Source: Anaeramoeba ignava BMAN
Lineage: Eukaryota > Protista > Anaeramoebae
Assembly: GCA_028826165.1 (NCBI GenBank)
Contig: JAPDFW010000098.1
Span: 1 to 51,171 of the forward strand
DNA: 51,171 bases
Direction: 5' to 3'
In this document: piece by piece, positions 48,501 through 51,171 of the stretch
Position numbering within the stretch: the stretch's first letter is position 1
Layout: every line of letters begins with the position of its first letter
The notes under the pieces: model-generated
Databases searched by the model: none
What the model was told of the DNA's origin: nothing
The model's input: only the letters and a program-made list of their open reading frames with translations
Program-made: the position numbers and the translations under genes

Positions 48501-48952
48501 TGAAGTAAATAACCTATAATTTTAGAATTTTGATATTGTGAAGGAATGTTCAAATTTGTTTCTTTTATCAAATCTTTTGGATCAATATTAATTTGTTTGT
48601 TGTGCAAATAAATAATATTTCTTGGTGATAAATTTTCAAAAGCTTTAAGAAAACGTGTTTTGATTGTTTTTGAATTGATATCAATTCCTTTTGAAAGTAA
48701 AAGTTCAAGAATATCTTTTTCTGAATTGTTTAGAATTGCAATATGAAATGAATTTCTTCCTAAATCATCAAATAATTCTGGTTTAATTCCTTTTGAAATT
48801 AATTTTTCAATTATTTCTTTTGAAACTTTTTTTTCGATTGCAAAATGTAAAATTAATTTGTTTTCTTTCTTTAGTTTATTTTCTTCAATTTTTTCAATTT
48901 TTTCCAAATATTCAATATTATTTTCTAAAATAGTTTTATAAATTAATTCCAT
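45558..48952 (-). CDS. Ankyrin-repeat (~20 x 35 aa) + two BTB/POZ domains, copy 1; frame break around 46035-45985 in an A-homopolymer/KE tract
   Basis: 974-aa ORF of NETALHxACxNxNISLEIIxxLIxKGIDINAKT repeats, then BTB1 (FSDYQIQSKDGFKFKVHKLILKTR). The overlapping ORF 45558-46031 carries BTB2 (TKDFTIIISNEKQIKVHKLILIIRSELFKGMF). Confidence 0.88.
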
Positions 48953-49009
48953 AAATTGAAATGAAAAATGAAATGAAAAATGAAAAATGAAAAAAAAAAA
49001 GAAACAAAT

Positions 49010-50610
49010 TAAAATAAATTAATTAAATAAATTCAAGAAAAAAAGGAGAATAGATTATTTTATTAATATTTTCTAAATATATATTAATTCAAAATAATTC
49101 AAAATAATTTTAAAAAATTTTATAAAAATTTCATAAATTTAATAAATAAATATTAATTAAATAAATATAAATTAATTAAATAAATTCAAGAAAAAAAGGA
49201 GAATAGATTATTTTATTAATATTTCCTAAATATATATTAATTCAAAATAATTTAAAATTATTTTAAAAATTTTATAAAAATTTCATAAATTTAATAAATA
49301 AATATTAATTAAATAAATATAAATTAATTAAATAAATTCAAGAAAAAAAGGAGAATAGATTATTTTATTAATATTTTCTAAATATATATTAATTCAAAAT
49401 AATTTAAAAATTATTTCAAAAATTTAATAAAAATGGAAAAGAAATTTAATAAATAAATATTAATTAAATTAATATAAATTAATTAAATAAATTCAAGAAA
49501 AAAAGGAGAATAGATTATTTTATTAATATTTTCTAAATATATATTAATTCAAAATAATTCAAAATAATTTTAAAAATTTTATAAAATGGAAAATAAATTT
49601 AATAAATAAATATTAATTAAATTAATATAAATTAATTAAATAAATTCAAGAAAAAAAGGAGAATAGATTATTTTATTAATATTTTAAAAATATATATTAA
49701 TTTAAAAATAAAATTCAAAATTAAATTTTAAAAATAAATTCAAGAAATAAAAAAAAATTTCATAAATATAAATTTAATAAATAAATATTGAATTAAATAA
49801 ATATAAATTAATTAAATAAATTCAATAAAAAAGAAGAATAGATTATTTTATTAATATTTCCTAAATATATATTAATTCAAAATAATTTAAAATTATTTTA
49901 AAAATTTTATAAAAAAATGGAAAAGAAATTTAATAAATAAATATAAATTAAATAAATATAAATTAATTAAATAAATTCAAGAAAAAAAAAAAGAATAGAT
50001 TATTTTATTAATATTTCCTAAATATATATTAATTCAAAATAATTTAAAATTATTTTAAAAATTTTATAAAAATTTCATAAATTTAATAAATAAATATTAA
50101 TTAAATAAATATAAATTAATTAAATAAATTCAAGAAAAAGAAGAATGGATTATTTTATTAATATTTCCTAAATATATATTAATTCAAAATAATTTAAAAT
50201 TATTTCAAAAATTTTAATATAAAAAAATGGAAAAGAAATTTAATTAAATTAAATATAAATTAATTAAATAAATTCAAGAAAAAGGGAGAATAGATTATTT
50301 TATTAATATTTTCTAAATATATAATTAATTCAAAATAATTTTAAAATTATTTTAAAAATTTTATAAAAAAATTTCATAAATTTAATAAATAAATATTAAT
50401 TAAATAAATATAAATTAATTAAATAAATTCAAGAAAAAAAGAAGAATGGATTATTTTATTAATATTTCCTAAATATATATTAATTCAAAATAATTTAAAA
50501 TTATTTCAAAAATTTTAATAAAAATGGAAAAGAAATTTAATAAATAAATATTAATTAAATTAAATATAAATTAATTAAATAAATTCAATAAAAAAAGGAG
50601 AATAGAAAAT
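49010..50610. repeat. Tandem satellite array, ~153-bp unit, ~11 copies
   Basis: Anchor GAATAGATTATTTTATTAATATT at about 49048, 49201, 49353, 49508, 49661, 49836, 49993, 50143, 50288, 50444, and partial at 50600. Confidence 0.92.
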
Positions 50611-50793
50611 TATTTTTTTTATTTAAATTTCTTATTTGATCAAAAAGAAAATTAAATGACAGCTAATAAAAAGAAAAAATTCAAACTTTCAAAAAACAAA
50701 CAAAAATAAAAAAAATAAAATAATTTTCCAAATTTCATTTTTTTTTCAATTAAATTTTTTTAATTTTCAGTTATAATTTTATTTCATTTTTAA

Positions 50794-51063
50794 ATGGGGA
50801 ATACACCGATCAAAAAGAAAATAAATAAAGCTAAATTAAAAAGATACATAAAAACAATAAAAAAATCAAACCAACCAATTTTAATCTTCACGATTGATTT
50901 AAAAACAATTGAAGTAAATCAAGAAGCAGTAAAAACTTTTTCAAGCTCCAACTCGAGAAATTATGTTAAAAAGAGATGCTCTTGATTTTGCAACAAAATT
51001 TCAGTCTCATCTTGGAGTTGAAACTTCTGAAATTATTTCACGTTTAAAAATTTTTTCAAAAGA
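50794..51063 (+). CDS. 5' part of a probable PAS-domain protein with an N-terminal MG (possible myristoylation); 1-nt frameshift at ~50940; likely continues after an intron beyond the window
   Basis: MGNTPIKKK...SNQPILIFTIDLKTIEVNQEAVKTF resembles a PAS N-terminus. Removing one T of a T5 run continues QAPTREIMLKRDALDFATKFQSHLGVETSEII up to a possible GT donor at 51064. Confidence 0.5.
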
Positions 51064-51171
51064 GTTTGTTTTTTCTTTTTGTTTTTTTGGAAATGTGAAA
51101 AATTACTTTTTATTATTTTGTATTTGGAATTCGTTATTCTTTATTCGAATCAATTTCAATTATTTTTATTC

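Noticed and set aside
1-51171. Alternative genetic code, inteins, transposons, tRNA/rRNA genes
   Set aside because: Long ORFs are open in the standard code and end at TAA/TGA. I recognised no Hint/intein, transposase, reverse transcriptase or structured-RNA signatures by eye; covariance and HMM searches were not run.

Overview
Very AT-rich eukaryotic genomic DNA with short or microsatellite-filled GT-AG spliceosomal introns, read in the standard code. The style (N/Q hexamer-repeat proteins, 35-aa ankyrin+BTB genes, an MG-PAS protein) suggests an anaerobic protist such as Anaeramoeba; this is inference only. Gene order: SH3-PH-PH protein (-, runs off the left edge); a complete bacterial-type two-module nonribosomal peptide synthetase C-A-T-C-A-T-R (+, 2658 aa, one 66-nt intron); CAF1/POP2 deadenylase (+); eIF3b (-); a ~162-bp satellite array; NRF-6/OACYL-like acyltransferase-3 (-); PP4R3/SMEK (-); F-box protein (+); EEF1AKMT4/METTL13-like methyltransferase (-); a minisatellite; a ~3400-aa BEACH protein (-); two tandem ankyrin-BTB-BTB genes (-); a ~153-bp satellite; and the start of a PAS-like gene (+). 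The main highlight is the intron-containing, stand-alone reductive-release NRPS. Its adenylation pockets, read by eye, look basic-amino-acid specific (Lys-like then Arg-like), which predicts a peptide aldehyde of the argininal protease-inhibitor type made by a protist. Several genes carry 1-2-nt frameshifts, mostly in homopolymers, which are probably assembly errors.
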